DNA of 64,000 bases from Heptranchias perlo (lineage: Eukaryota): the NCBI RefSeq assembly GCF_035084215.1, contig NC_090358.1, positions 3,596,001 through 3,660,000 on the forward strand, read 5' to 3'. The notes beneath the pieces were generated by a model. That model was not told where the DNA came from and searched no databases. It worked only from the letters and a program-made list of their open reading frames with translations. The translations under genes were made by a program, and so were the position numbers. Shown in pieces: positions 23,992 to 37,963 of the stretch. The first letter of the stretch is position 1. Every line of letters starts with the position of its first letter.

Positions 23992-25196
23992 TTCATCCCA
24001 TTGCTGTTTGTGGGATCTTGCTGTGCGCAAATTGGCAGCTGCGTTTCCTACATTACAACAGTGACTACACTTCAAAAGTACTTCGTTGGCTGTAAAGCCG
24101 TTTGGGACATCCTGAGGTCGTGAAAAGCGCTGTATAAATAAATGCAAGTCTTTTTTTTTCTTTCTATGCAATTCTCTTCTAAAATAATCCTGGCATTTTG
24201 AGGTCCAATGTTAACTATTTTAGGTTAGACTTATGCTGCAGTGTTGCCTTCTGCAGTCTGACGTTGGTTGGTAGTACTTCAGTGTATGGTGTATCATCTC
24301 CTGGGGGGTTGTGCCTCTCCAGCCATCTTCCATCCTCTTCTCCTCCCCTCCCTGCCCCAGCCCATGTCACAGCATTAGTGGGGGCAAGTGTAAATGATGA
24401 GCACTCAGTCAGCACATACAGGTTTTGAATTGTTGAAATATACAGCTGTTCTCCCCACCCACTGTTGCCAGTACTTGCAATGCGAATGGGTTGTGATTGA
24501 TTACCAACGACCAAGACACAAAGAACTGCTATTTGGAGTGTTTCTGTAAAATGTACTCGATGCCTGTTAATTCAAAGTTGTATTTGCTGAAAAAATATTT
24601 AGACAATATTAATAAAACAGCACCGGAGGAGTTATTTGCATGATTTCAATTCAAATTAAACAACTTTGAAATAAGAGTGTACTGTATAAGCACAGTATAA
24701 GTGAAATGAACCACTGAATATTTTGAGATTCAAGTTGCAAGGGGTGGGGCAGGAAATCTAATTTAAAATAAATATATATTCTAGTTTCTGGCTGAGATAA
24801 ATAAACTGGAGTATAAAAATGATTCTCCAAAAATGGGGTAGAAACATCAACTGAGACTTCGATTCAGGTCTAAAACAACTATAATTTATATAGCGCCTTT
24901 AACGTAGTTAAAAACGTGCCAACGTGCTTTACAGGAGCGATTATCAACCAAAATTTGACACTGAGCCATGTAAGGAGCTATCAGGACTGGTGACCAAAAG
25001 TTTGGTCAAAGAGGTAGGTTTTAAGGAGCGTCTTAAAAGATGGGAGAGAGGTGGAGAGGTTTAGGGAGGGAATTCCAGAGCTTAGGGTCGAGGCAGCTGA
25101 AGGCCGATCATTTTGAAGGTTTCAATGTAATTGCACCAGAGACTCATCGTTAACCTTACTAGAAAAATCACTGTTCCTTCTTTGATGTTTTTTCAG

Positions 25197-25243
25197 GTGA
25201 ACGTGTCTTGTGTTTCCATGGGCCATTGCTTTATGAGGCAAAG
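25197..25243 (+). CDS. MORF4L1: MORF4L1 exon 2: (G)ERVLCFHGPLLYEAK, chromo-barrel domain
   Basis: TTTCAG acceptor, GTATGT donor, 47 nt, phase-compatible with exon 1. Confidence 0.97.
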
Positions 25244-25992
25244 GTATGTGCTGCAGAGCTCTCTTTCAAGTGTTTTTCTATTTGGTGAATGGCATCTTCA
25301 TTTTTACAGTTATATGTTCTCTCGGTCAGAAAAATATCCATCTCTTTCTGTTCATCATTGTGTCTCCAACAAGATCTCTCTGGCTTTGAAAGTCAGATCT
25401 GAAATCCATTATACCATCTCCTGCTAAATATTCAATTTATAGAGGAAATGAAAACAGAAAATTGTTGGAAATATGCAGCAGGGTCATCAGCGTGTGTAGA
25501 GAGAGGAGACAGGTTAATGTTTCAATATGGAGTCATCAGATCTAAAACTGATTTGTTTTTATTTTAGCATGTGCAGCCTTTTCTATCTTTTTACTGCTCA
25601 TACAGTTTTGTTTTTGATAAAGCAAGTAAAGGTTCCAGCCCATACTGAGAATGCTCCCAATACTAAAAACAGTAAAAGAGAAGGCAAAGGTAAAATGGGC
25701 AGTAGTGGTTGGGTGATTCCAAGCTTGGGTTGTTGGAGGATGGAAAGACTGAGGCTCGTAAGGAGTTCACATTTTCGGATCCTGGAAAACAATGGTTTAG
25801 AGTAGGAGATGGTGCAATGAGCCTTGATTTCAAATGAATAACGAAGAGGAGCAGTGTGTAGGATTGTGTATTTGCAGTTTAGGAGAAACCAGGGAAGTTC
25901 AGAGGAGCTGTGACAATATTATCAATTCAAAAGAGAGAAAGTTGAGATAGGTTGCCTTTGAGGGAGGGAGAGAGCTTAGAGGTGAGAGGGAT

Positions 25993-26275
25993 TGCTCTTT
26001 CGAAACTGAGATGAGGAGAAACTTCTTCACTCAGGGTGGTAGGTCTGTGGAATTTGCTGCCCCAGGAAGCTGTGGAAGCTACATCATTAAATAAATTTAA
26101 AACAGAAATCGACAGTTTCCTAGAAGTAAAGGGAATTAGGGGTTACGGGGAGCGGGCAGGAAATTGGACATGAATTTAGATTTGAGGTTAGGATCAGATC
26201 AGCCATGATCTTATTGAATGGCGGAGCAGGCTCGAGGGGCCGATTGGCCTACTCCTGCTCCTATTTCTTACGTTC
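25993..26275 (+). mobile_element. CR1 3' end, same young subfamily as 57170-60299
   Basis: Near-identical to the reverse complement of ~57175-57457, including the distinctive GGACATGAATTTAGATTTGAGGTTAGGATCAG segment. Confidence 0.9.
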
Positions 26276-29200
26276 GCTTATCAGATGAGTTTTTCTCTTG
26301 TATCCTGTCCAGAAGTGTGTCGGGTGCTAGAAGAGCATCCCTGGATATAGAAGCAGTGCTGGATAGATTTGGGTTTTATAAGAGTTAAAAATTGACAGTG
26401 AAAGATGTATTTGGCACCAAAGATGAAACTACGCTTCTTGAAGTTATATTCAGCTCTTCAAGGAGTTCCATTCAATGTCGGGATATAATGAGGCCAAGAA
26501 TCTGAATAGATGAAGGAAATTAAGGATGTGGCCATCAAGGATGAGAAGTAGCAGCTACTGAAGATGTGCACTTGGAAAGAAGTCTATTAATGCACAATGG
26601 CATCATTAGTGAAAAAATGGTTAGGGTTGGATGATGATTTGAGAAGGGAATTGAGACAAAGGGACAGGAGATACAAAGAGAGAGAGAATAAACCCTAATT
26701 AGCCTCGATTAATAAATGAACCTCCAGCTACTGCAAAGATGGTGATTTGAAAGGAAACTGATAATCATGAGCATATAATGATTTTCAAAAGATACAAATT
26801 TGAAATGTAAACCTGAAAGTGCTGGAAATATACAGCAGGCCCATCAGCATCTGAAAAGAAATAGAGGTGTTAAAAACCATGGAGGGGTTTGATAGAGTAA
26901 ATATGGAGAAACTATTTCCAGTGGCAGAAGGAGTTAAGAATTAGATCAGCCATGATCTAATTGAACGGTGGGACAGGCTCGAGGGGCTGAGTGGCCTATT
27001 CCTGTTCCTACGTTACATTGAAAGTTAACTGCATAGAGTGGGGACTGGATTCACGTGTAGACCTGACCATGGTAAGGGTGGCAGGTTCTTTCCCTGAAGG
27101 ATGTTGGTGTAGTGGTTGAATTTCTATGACAGTCTGGGAGCATTCATAGTCATTTTGCTTCTACTTTCTCTTTGCCTTTCTGAAAGGTTTCATAGAATGA
27201 TACAGCACAGAAGGAGGCCATTCAGCCCATCGTGCCTGTGCCGGCTCTGAAAGAGCTATCCGATTAGTCCAACTCCCCTGCTCTTTCCCCATAGCCCTGC
27301 AAATTTTTCCCCTTCAAGTATTTATCCAGTTTCCTTTTGAAAGTTACCATTGAATCTGCTTCTACCGCCCTTTCAGGCATTGCATTCCGTGTCATAACAA
27401 CTTGCTGCATAAAAAAATGTCTCCGCTTCTCCCCTCTGGTTCTTTTGCCAATTATCTAAATCTGTGTCCTCTGGTTACTGAACTTCCTACCAGTGGAAAC
27501 AGTTTCTCCTTATTTACTCTTATCAAAACTCTTCAGAATTTTGAACGCCTCTATTAAATCTCCCCTTATCCACCTCTGCTCTAAGGAGAACAACAGAAGA
27601 CTTGCATTTCTATAGCGCGTTTCACAATCTCAGGACGTCCTAAAGTGCTTTATAGCCAATTAAGTACTTTTGAAGTGTAGTCACTGTTGTAATGTAGGAA
27701 ATGCGGCAACCAAAATTGCGTCGAGCCAGGTCCCATAAACAGCAATGTGACCAGATAACCTGTTTTTAGTGATGTTGGTTGAGGGATAAATATTGCCACG
27801 GGCAAAGTGTGTTCTTTGTTCTTCTGCAGGCCATTCTGGCCTGTGTGCAGTTCACGCTTGCATGATTGAGCTCTATTTTCCACCTGACAAGTTTCATCCT
27901 GGTGTAGATGCTGAGAGGCTGTTTCACCTGGCGGGAGAGTCTAGAACTAGGGGTCATAGTCTCAGGATAAGTGGTCGGCCATTTAGGACTGAGATGAAAA
28001 ATTTCTTCACTCAGGGTTGTGAATCTTTGGAATTCTGTACTCCAGAGAGCTGTGGATGCTCAGTCGTTGAGTATATTCAAAACTGAGATCCATAGATTTT
28101 TTTTTTGGACACTACGGGAATTAAGGGATATGGGGATAGGGTGGGAAAGTGGAGTTGAGGTAGATGATCAGCCATGATCTTATTGAATGGTGGAGCAGAC
28201 TTGAGAGGCCGTATGGGCTACTCCTGTTCCGATTTCTTATGTTCTTATGTTATATAATGCAGTGTGTGAGATCATGTATTGCTCCTGTAGTTAGGAAACT
28301 GTATCCTGCAACTCGCAGTGAACGGTAGCATGGAGGATAAGTTGGTCTGTGTTGAATCGTTCTTGGTACTGCTTGAAGCACTGAATTGTAGATTGTATTG
28401 TTTTTTGTGTGCACGTTAAGCCACTTGCAGTCTTGAGGAAAATGAGTGGTTCAGAAATCATGCAACAGCAGTCCTCTGTCGTGTAGGGCAGAGGTTATTC
28501 AAGTCTTTCATGTATGACAGCTGCCAACAATTTAACCAGCAAATAGGAAATATAGGACTTGGCTGCCTGGGCTTTGAGGGGTTGATTGGCAGGGCCTGGG
28601 GGGAGGGGGTGCCTCATGGACCTTTGGCAGTTTGGTCATCAACTTTTGTAGGGCATCCAAAATGTCCATGTTAATTTTCTTTTTTGAATTTTATGGCCAC
28701 TTTCCGCTCTTCTATTGAAAATGCAGACTCTGGCTGGTGTTTGTTTCCACAAGCACGGGCAGCACTCCTTGTAAATAATGATCAGGAGCCCTCCCTCCAC
28801 CCCCCCCCCCCCCCCCCCCCAGCCTTCCTAACACAGGGTCACCGAGGCCAATCGTAATACCTTTACCACCACACCAATTGAGATCAGATAATTTCACACA
28901 GATTCACTTTGGAATCTTCTAAAAGCGTGATGATTTGTTCAATCCACTCGCTGATGATGTAACTGTTCACTGCATCATCTGGGCACTTCACGCTGGTCCG
29001 ACTGGATTAAGTGCTGTATTTTCTCCAACTGCTCTTGTTCCATTGCAGGTGCTAAGCATTTAATTAGCTCCTTCCTCAAGTTTCAATCGCACAGAAATCA
29101 CAGTGTGCGTCCGTCAGATAAAGGGAAATATTTTGATAACTACTGAGAATTTGTGCTCTGGATTAAATTCACCATTTCATTTTCAAATCAAGGTTTAATT

Positions 29201-30535
29201 TCCAAAAGAATTGCTGGTTATGCAGCAAGGTAAATACAGTGTCCACTTTAAGCACTGAGTGGCCTCCCTTTTGGAAAGGAGTGTAATGGAAGTGAGAACT
29301 CTAATCACCATTAAACTCTTTCGTGCTCCATTTAAAAAAAAATATGATTTCTCCCATTAGTGTCCGATCCTGTTCACTTTCCAACAGGGGCCATCGTGTA
29401 GCAATTAGCAGCGGGTTCTCCCAAACATCTTTTTTCCATTCCCTGTAAGAGTAGGAAAGGTATCAAAAGCTAACTGCAGCTCTTAGAGCTCGTTCAGCAT
29501 GCATGGGCAGTGAAATTTGGGAGTTATCCTGGTTTATATAACTTTTCTGGGGGGAAATTTTCCCTCAAAATAGGTAACTTCCTCACTGATTTATCTGTTC
29601 ACCCATCCCATGAGTACTTTAATTCCCTCTTTTCATCATAAGGGGGCATGATATTAGGACCGCTGATTTTCAGTGACTGAGCAAGTCAAATTCTGTTTTT
29701 ATTACATAGGAATGCAGAGATAATTTGGGAGATCAGAATCACGGAATGTATCAGTTTACACTTGGGATGATTGGTTTTCAGTGACATTCTGTCAAATTCC
29801 ATGGCGTTCTGGGATCTCTACCAGTGATTTGGGGATGGATATATTTGATTCAGTCTGTTTATCAATGAAACTATATCAGTGGCCTTAGCTGTGATCCATC
29901 TGCTCCTGATCTGACTTGTCCTGTTTAATGTAATATACCAATATGGGCTGGAGGTTTAGGGCTACAGCGATGGAAGGGTCACTTCCTTAATCAGAGTTTA
30001 CCTTTTATCCCCAAAACTCTAGACCACATTTGATTTTATTCATCCTTGAGCTGACATTTAATTTGCAAGGTTTGGTAGCTTTGGCCAGGTGATCCTGAGA
30101 TTGAATCCCGTTGGGAATTATTCAGTCATTTCTAGATGGATGAAAGGAATACCATGTCTTAGGATGTGGTGAGGGAATGCTTGTCCTACTGTTACAGTAT
30201 CTCTTGGCTATACGCCTTGGAAACAAAGACCAAGGCCATAGCCAATCGGTCACACGATGGAAACCATTCTCTTATGTGTACTCTTGTGCTCTGACTTTTT
30301 TTGGAATGGTCACCAATTTTTTTTCTCAAGTGAACTATGCTGCCGTACGATATTAGCTGCTGATATGTCTATGTACATTTGACTTCAATATCAATCACAA
30401 AATAATATCAAATATTGCTTGTATTATTTGTGATGGGCATGTAATTCCTTATGTCCCCTCAAGCTTAGCTGTTTTTTATTAGTGCTGAATTTAATCTAGT
30501 TAATTCATTTTCTTTTTCTATTTTTCATCTTTTAG

Positions 30536-30603
30536 TGCGTAAAGGTTGCTATAAAGGACAAACAAGTGAAGTACTTCATACATTATAGTGGCTGGAATAA
30601 GAA
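30536..30603 (+). CDS. MORF4L1: MORF4L1 exon 3: CVKVAIKDKQVKYFIHYSGWNK(N)
   Basis: Polypyrimidine tract + TAG acceptor, GTAAGT donor, 68 nt; chromodomain HYxGWN motif. Confidence 0.97.
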
Positions 30604-31768
30604 GTAAGTATAAAATACCAAAGATCAGTAATAAGCTTGTGTGGGAAGGATATTGTCTAATGTGGGTATATTAGAACATTTTGGAAGGCGACTGGAATTG
30701 TGAAATTATGAGGGAGATAAATGGGAATGAACGAAAAGTGCATTTGGAACAAAAATCAGGATGATAACTGTTTGGTGTAATCTTACCAAGCAAGATCCTG
30801 GAAACAAAAAACATTGTGGTGACCGTATTTAAATTGCAGTTAGATGCCATGAGAGGTTTGAGCTTCAGTGGGCAAATGGCCATTTCTCATCCTTGACTTG
30901 ACGGAAGTTTGGCATTCGGTTTAGTTCACCTTGTTAACGTTACATCATGCAAACATTGAACTTCCTCATAACTTTGAACTAAATACCGCTGCCAATTACA
31001 CAAGGCTGTTAATGATGCTTGGCGCTCTCTAGCCATCTGGATGCAGTAGCATAGTGGTTACGTTACTGGACTAATAATCCGAAGACATGAGTTCAAATCC
31101 CACAACTGCAGCGGGGGAATTTAAATTCAGTTAATTAAATTAAAAAATCCGTACTAACAAAAAGCTAGTATCAGTAATGGTGACCGTGAAACTACCGGAT
31201 TCTCTGGTTCACTGATGTCGTTTAGGGAAGGAACCCTGCAATCCTTATATGTGACTCCAGACCCATTGATTCTTAACTGCACTCTGAAATGGCCTAGCCA
31301 GCCACTGGCCTAGTACAGTCCTGTTCCTTCACCGCACGGACTGCAGCGTTCAAGAAGGCGGCCCACCACCACCTTCTCAAGGGCAATAAATGCTCGCCCA
31401 CATCCAATGAATTAAATAAAAAAAGCTTCTGGTTTGAAAATGATCTGTAAATTGGAGGAGGATGAAGATGCTGAACCATAGAAAGTTTACCAGAAAATCC
31501 CACTGAGGGGGTGGAGGAGAAGAGGAGGATTGAGAATTCAGATGTAGAATGCCAATTCATAGTGTTGCTACCCTTTCTTTGACTCCTAATGGCACATTTT
31601 ATATTGTGGTTTTGCAATCTGGTGAGGCTTTTGCCACATTTGCACACTGGGGTGGATTCAGAACATTGCTGGTAACGCTTAAACAAGTGGGCATGCGTAA
31701 TTTCACTTGCTAGTCACATTTAAGATGAAGTTTCTCGCTGCATAACCTGTTGGAAGGAGTTCTATATA

Positions 31769-32459
31769 CAGTCCCCACCATTTAAAGCATCCGTTTAAAA
31801 TGGGCAGCCGCTTATATGGGCCAAAAAGCGATAACCATTAACCATTTGCTTTAACTCCAATTTCAGAGTTGCTGGTTACAGTGTCTTATGTATTCTGTTT
31901 AATTCGGGCAGAAACAGCTGTGCCTGCTCACTAGTCTGCAACTCGTTAAGGTGCCCTGGATGCAAGAATCAAGATCTTGTTCAATTAAGACAAACCATTT
32001 TCAAATGAAGAGTCTATTGCACAAATAATACTGCATAACTGCCACCAGCAAAAAGCTTTACACCAATGGCAGTTTCTAAGCTTCATAGATTTCTACAATT
32101 CCTGATCGATAACTTAAATGTCGGTACAGATTTCACTGGAGAATTCCAATTGTACCTTACTATTGAGGCACTGGACAGGTTAAAACATAACCTCAGAAAA
32201 GATGAGAATCTTAGTTCCAAGGGCTGAAATATCCATCAACGGAAGAGAAATGGAACAAGTGGATAAACTCAAATCTAGGCTGAACAATTTCAGAAGACGA
32301 TTCTCCTTAGCTGCTGCCGGCTGTAATAGGAGAAACTCTTCGAATCAAACTCAGATTTTAAAAAAGTATTGTCATAGCACTACCACGTTATACTGACCAT
32401 CACGTATAGCGGGCAAATCGCATTCACACGATCGCGCCCATTATAAACAGTAGAGACTG
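31769..32459. mobile_element. Possible old non-autonomous Tc1/mariner (pogo/Tigger-like) DNA transposon
   Basis: TA|CAGTCCCCACCATTTAAA ... TATAAACAGTAGAGACTG|TA: degenerate terminal inverted repeats starting CAGT, flanked by TA on both sides. Confidence 0.45.
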
Positions 32460-35400
32460 TATTGTAAAAGGGAGCCTCTATGGGCGGACTGAGAGCAAAT
32501 GGCAGCCAGCAGTATCCTTACAGTACCTTTGTTATTGTAGCATTTGTACCTACACTACTGAATTTCTAGAAGGTATATTCTCAGCTCAGCAGACAACCGA
32601 TACATGCACTTTGCATCGTCTGTGTTTAGAGAATTTTAGATTATGTTGTTCAGAAATTCAGAATCTGCCATCAGAACTGAAGAAAATGGAATATATTTTA
32701 CAAATTCTAATCAACTCTGCAAATTACTGCTGGTTGTGTCAAATCTTTTACAATAATTGTTTCTCCTTCCATTGTGCGGGTCGTTCTTTATCTTGGTCAA
32801 GCCTATGGGGAGGCCTCAAATGGTGGCCGGGTGCTCCTCTGCAAAGAATGAAGAGTGAGTGGACCCTGCCAGCTCTTGTGCAGCCAAGTGGCTGGTTTTG
32901 GAGCAGCCCTGGCAGAGCCCTTGTCTCAGGGGGTCTTTGTCCTCTTGATGAAAGAATCGCACAAGGAGACCTAAAGAGGCTGAAGGTTTTTTTTCTGATT
33001 TGAATAAGGTGAGGGGGGAGAGGAGAGGAGAATGACAACATGTGGAACCTCTGGACTGGGGTTCTTTATTGTGACCTGTATTGGAAGTGCAGGTGTAGAG
33101 GTTGGTTGAGGGCAGGGTTGACCTCTGCACTGATGCCTCCGTGGAATCTGTTGATGCACGGACTGTTTGCGCTCACACGTGTACAAAGGTCACTTAGGCA
33201 CTGTAAGGTCCTTGAGGTGTGCAGGCGACTGGTGAACTGCACCCAGCAAAGTCTGACTCCTCCAGAAAAGGAGTTGAGTTGAGTTTGTGGAGGCGGGAAA
33301 AAAAAGGGGGGGCAGAAAGAAACAGATTTAATTTTACCCGATCTTTGTATTGAGATGATTATACGTTCCAAAAAAGAGACTAAATATTGAATTGCTTGTA
33401 TTCCAGCTTTACATATTCTGTATATTTTGGATGGAAAATTATAGCTTGCTTTAAAGCATTCAGGCGATTTGACAGTTCAATCAGCAAAAATAATAGCATT
33501 TAAGTTTGTATTAAAAAAAAATCGTGACTTGCTTCATACAGAAATTCATGACTTTGTTTTTCTCACTTGAGAGTATTGTATAAAGAAATTGGGATGCTTA
33601 ACTGAATGCTTTTTTTCAATATAACTATTATAAAAGGATTTAATGGACAACCTGCACCAATTATTACTGTTGATTACATTTAGTCAATTAGGCACCATTG
33701 CAAAGAGAGCCCTCCAATTTACACTCCCCTCTCTGAAAAATATTGCCCTCGTTTTATCCCAGAATTGATGCCTTGTCACAGTGCCTACCATATTGTTCCC
33801 TTCAAAACAAATGTAAATGCCATTATGTTAGCTAGAGTTGGCTCCTGAAGTGCATTGTGTACAGCTATAGGTTAGGTTAATGAGAGAAAATGCCAAATAT
33901 GTAATTCTTTATTGTTTCACCTATTCAAACAGCTTAGGTGTGTGGTATCTTCAAGATTGCAGGTATTGTAAAGACTAGTTAGAATTCTTTTACTTAAGAC
34001 TAAAACAAAATGTTATTGTTTTCCATGCTGCTTCACAAAGAATTAATTCATCTTTATTTGGTTTCTGGAATTCCATAAACCTGAAAAAGATTGTTTCCCA
34101 AGAAAATGCACATTATAGGAATACAGGCATGAACTTGGTGAAAATTCCATAATGCACCTAACTTTAAAAATCTATAAATATTGGGAATATGTATTAAATT
34201 GCAACCAAGTATAAATATTGCAGATACTTGGGGGGGGGGGGGGGGGAAAAAATGCTCAATGTTCCCATTTCAGCCACTGGATCCTGTGCTAAGATAGCTG
34301 GTCTCAGCTGCGGTGGCTGTCGGGGCACAACACTTGGCCTAGTCCCTGAATTAGGGAGGGAGAAACATTCAGTCAAGCCTCCTGCTCCTGATGCCTCTCC
34401 GGTAACTCCCAGCTGGCTAGTGCACGTGTGTGACCATCAGCTGAAGGCTGAATCAGGTCAGCTGTGATATCCTCCATGGTCATGTAGCCTGCCGATGTAC
34501 TCTGTATCTAACGTGAGGAATGGCCGCTCTGATGAGAGGGTTGTTGGTGCTTGTGGCACTAAATGTTGGTGCCTTTGGAGAGGACGGAGAAAGATTTGCT
34601 AGGCTCCGAGCTGAATTAACATGAGAAATGAACTTGTGAAAACTCTTTGGGTTAATGACGGAATCTACTGATGTTAATTCAGGTCTCGCACTGTTCGACG
34701 AAGTCATTTTCTAAGGATATATCTTTAAGTTAATGTTAATCTGTATATTTAAAGCTATTTTTTGTGTATATTTAAGGGGGAATGGATGGTGATGTGGGAC
34801 CGACTTCCCTCTAATGCAGTGTCAGATTACCACTGATGTTGTTAACTAATTCAGCCTGTGTTGCTTCTCATTACCACGGACTTCTTTATCTGATTTTGCT
34901 GCTGCAGTTTTATTCTGCTTTATGTAAACTGCTTTTAACTACTCCCTAAAGTCAGTGCTGCAACTACAATAACTTGCATTGGTAAGCGGACAGTGGACTG
35001 GATGTGGGATGCAAAGCCCTCCTTGGGATCAGCCTGGGCAAGCAGCCAGAGGGTTGGTGGATTTGACACCAGAGGCACTGGGATTGCTGGTGAGGGCCGA
35101 ATAGAATGGCTTCACTTTTTCTGACATTAAGCTGCAGGAAATTTCTACTCATCCAGGATTAGATGTTAGACACACATGTCAAATGCTGTGGCAGCTGCCC
35201 AGGAGTCAGCAGTGTTGGAGAGGTAGAGTTGGGTATCATCGGCGTATGTACCTGCAGATGATGCCAAAGGATAGCACGATGATTAGATGGGGATAAAGGA
35301 TGGGCCGCTGAGGCACACCTGAATTGGGCGAGGGAGGATACACTGTGGGACTGTGTACAGTTCTGGGCACCGCACCTTAAAAAAGGATACATTGGCCTTG

Positions 35401-36844
35401 GAAAGAGTGCAGCGCAGATTCACCAGAATGTTACCCGGGCCATACGGGTTAAATTATGAGGAGAGATTACATAATCTAGTCTTGTATTCCCTGGAATGTA
35501 GAGGGTTAAGGGGTGATTTGATTGAGGTTTTTAGGATTTTGAAAGGAATTGATAAGGTAGGTAGAGAGAAACTTCTTCCGCTGGTGGGGGAGTCTAGGGC
35601 AAGGAGACACGACCTGAAAATCAGAGCCAGGCCATTCAGGAAAGAAATTAGGAAATGCTTCACACAAGTGTGGACCTCCCCCACAAAAAGCAGTAGATGC
35701 TAGCTCAATTAATAATTTTAAATATGAGATCGATAGATTTTTGGTAGCCAAGGGTATTCATTGATATGGAACCAAGGCAGGTAAGTGGAGTTAGGATACA
35801 GATCAGCCATGATCTCATTGAATGGCAGAACTGGCTTGAGGGGCTGAATGGCCTACTCCTGTTCCTGTGGTCCTATGACACAGTGGTGGGATGAATGTTG
35901 GGAGAAGAAGGTGGGGCAGCTCAGATGGATGCTTGGAGGAAGATATTGATGATTTGCAGAAGGCTTGATGGAGAATACGCAGGTTAGAGGTGCGACTCTG
36001 GACAATGGCAGGGATAGTTAGAGCCAGGAAATAACAATGGATGGGATAGAAGATCGACTGCACCTAGTGCAATGAGTCGGGGGGTGTGGAATATGATATC
36101 GGGGTGTGACAGAGGATGAGACAGCAGAGCAAGGAGAGAGAGGCAGAGCAGCTCTGGTCTGGAGCAGTAGTCACTACACCCTTGTGAGTATCCAGTAATT
36201 GCATGTGAACAGTTCATTTTCCTCAGAGTTGGAATATTCCTAATTGCTGATCAGAGCTTGGAATCTGCCTCATTCAGGTTCAGAAAGTTAGGAAATACGA
36301 TACTCTGGTCCACACTGGCTCTGTGTTTGGGCAGCACTGGGCTCGTGCATGGGCTCCTCAGTGCAGTGAGGTGCATGGACGGTTGGAACGAACAGTACGT
36401 AGTCTGGAATATCCTCCCAGTAGCTCGATTTACTTTTGAGCGGTCTGAGTATAATCTACCCTGTATGTGGGTGCCTGTGTGAACCAGGGCTGCCTCGTTA
36501 CTGAACTTTGCTGCTTTAAAATAAAAAAAAAATTGAAACTGTTCTTGTTATGGGTGTATTTTTGAACCTTTGTATGCCAGTCATTGTTTCATGATGTCTG
36601 AATTTGTTACCATACACTTAGAATTGGGCATTTGGCTCTTTTGGTGAAACAGTGCTGTGGAAGCCACAGGGAGAAGCGTTGAGCTGTGTATCCTTCCTAG
36701 GTGGGACCCTGATTGCCAGCCTCAAAATGTCCAGCTGCGCAGGCACAATTTAACTCTTATTGGCACAATTTAACTTTTATTGGCTGGCTGGCTGACTGAC
36801 TTCTGCCATAAATGGAACTGTTGTTTTTCCGTGGCATGTATCCC

Positions 36845-37315
36845 TTCCTGGGATGAGAGGGTTGTCCTATGAGGAAAGATTGAGTAGAATGGGCCTATAC
36901 TCTCTGGAGTTTAGAAGAATGAGAGGTGATCTCATTGAAACATATAAGATTTTGAGAGGGCTTGACAGAGTAGATGCTGAGAGGATGTTTCTCCTGGCTG
37001 GAGAGGCTAGAACTAGGGGGCATAGTCTCAGGATAAGGGGTCGGCCATTTAGGGCTGAGATGAGGAGGAATTTCTTCACCTCACAGGGTTGTGAATCTTT
37101 GGAATTCTCTGCCCCTGAGAGCTGTGGATGCTCAGTCGTTGAGTATATTCAAGGCTGAGATAGATAGATATTTGGACTCTAGGGGAATCAGGGGATATGG
37201 GGATCAGGCAGGAAAGTGGAGTTGAGGTCGAAGATCAGCCATGATTTTATTGAATGGTGGAACAGGCTCGAGGGGCCGTATGGCCAACTCCTGCTCCTAT
37301 TTCTTATGTTCTAAT
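36845..37315 (+). mobile_element. CR1 3' fragment; related copies at 27900-28250 (+) and 52878-53190 (-)
   Basis: ORF 36853..37158: LSYEERLSRMGLYSLEFRRMRGDLIETYKI; CR1 3' tail CTCCTGCTCCTATTTCTTATGTTC. Confidence 0.9.
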
Positions 37316-37876
37316 GTATTGGCAGAAACGGGGCACTGCGGTCTTGTGCTTTTACACTGGAGGTGTCCCCCATGTGTCTGCTCATGATGGCTTAGAGGAT
37401 GCTTTTGTTTTACGAGTACAAACGCGTTATATCATGTAATGCACAATGTATTATTCTGCTAAAGCATGGCAGCGTATAAATTGGCGCGTCCCTTTAAGGT
37501 CACATGGTATAATTACTGTGCTTTGCTCAGGTCAATTAGAGGTCAGACTAGCTTGTTTTAATCATTATTTTTAAGTGTGACCCACAATAAATGTATTCGC
37601 CTGTGCCATATAGTTGAAGAACCTTTGTAAAATCTGTTTTAACCCTCCCTTCACAGCTGATAAGTCACTCTGTTTTAAGCGAGCTGTCGGTAGATTCTAC
37701 CTCTTATCTTTGTCTTTTAATTGCTTGAACTATTTTTTTTCAGTTAGTATCTTATTTTCCCCCCACCCTTCAAAAAATACCAGTCCAAGCTTTTGGACCT
37801 GTGTAATTTTCATCTCAGATTTTTCAATGCATTGGTGATTTCTTCTTGTCTTATTTCTTTCTCTCTCGGTTTTCAG

Positions 37877-37963
37877 TTGGGATGAATGGGTTCCGGAGAG
37901 TCGAGTGCTGAAGTATGTGGACACAAACCTGCAAAAGCAGAAGGAACTACAAAAGGCTAATCA
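37877..37963 (+). CDS. MORF4L1: MORF4L1 exon 4: WDEWVPESRVLKYVDTNLQKQKELQKAN(Q)
   Basis: TTTCAG acceptor, GTGAGT donor, 87 nt; WDEWV aromatic-cage motif. Confidence 0.97.

Noticed and set aside
28798-28820. Long C/G homopolymers (also ~9541, 18787, 21030, 34229, 58836, 61999) as G-quadruplex elements
   Set aside because: Simple homopolymer runs scattered without relation to features; their lengths are also assembly-sensitive.
28927-28985. GTGATGA...CTGA TGATG...CTGG resembling an intronic C/D-box snoRNA
   Set aside because: The terminal D box is not CTGA, the terminal stem is weak, and I could not identify an rRNA-complementary guide of 10 nt or more.
30604-37876. Search for the extra chromodomain-interrupting cassette exon of the mammalian long MRG15 isoform
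   Set aside because: No similar peptide was seen in the ORF track for intron 3; exons 3 and 4 join in frame without it.
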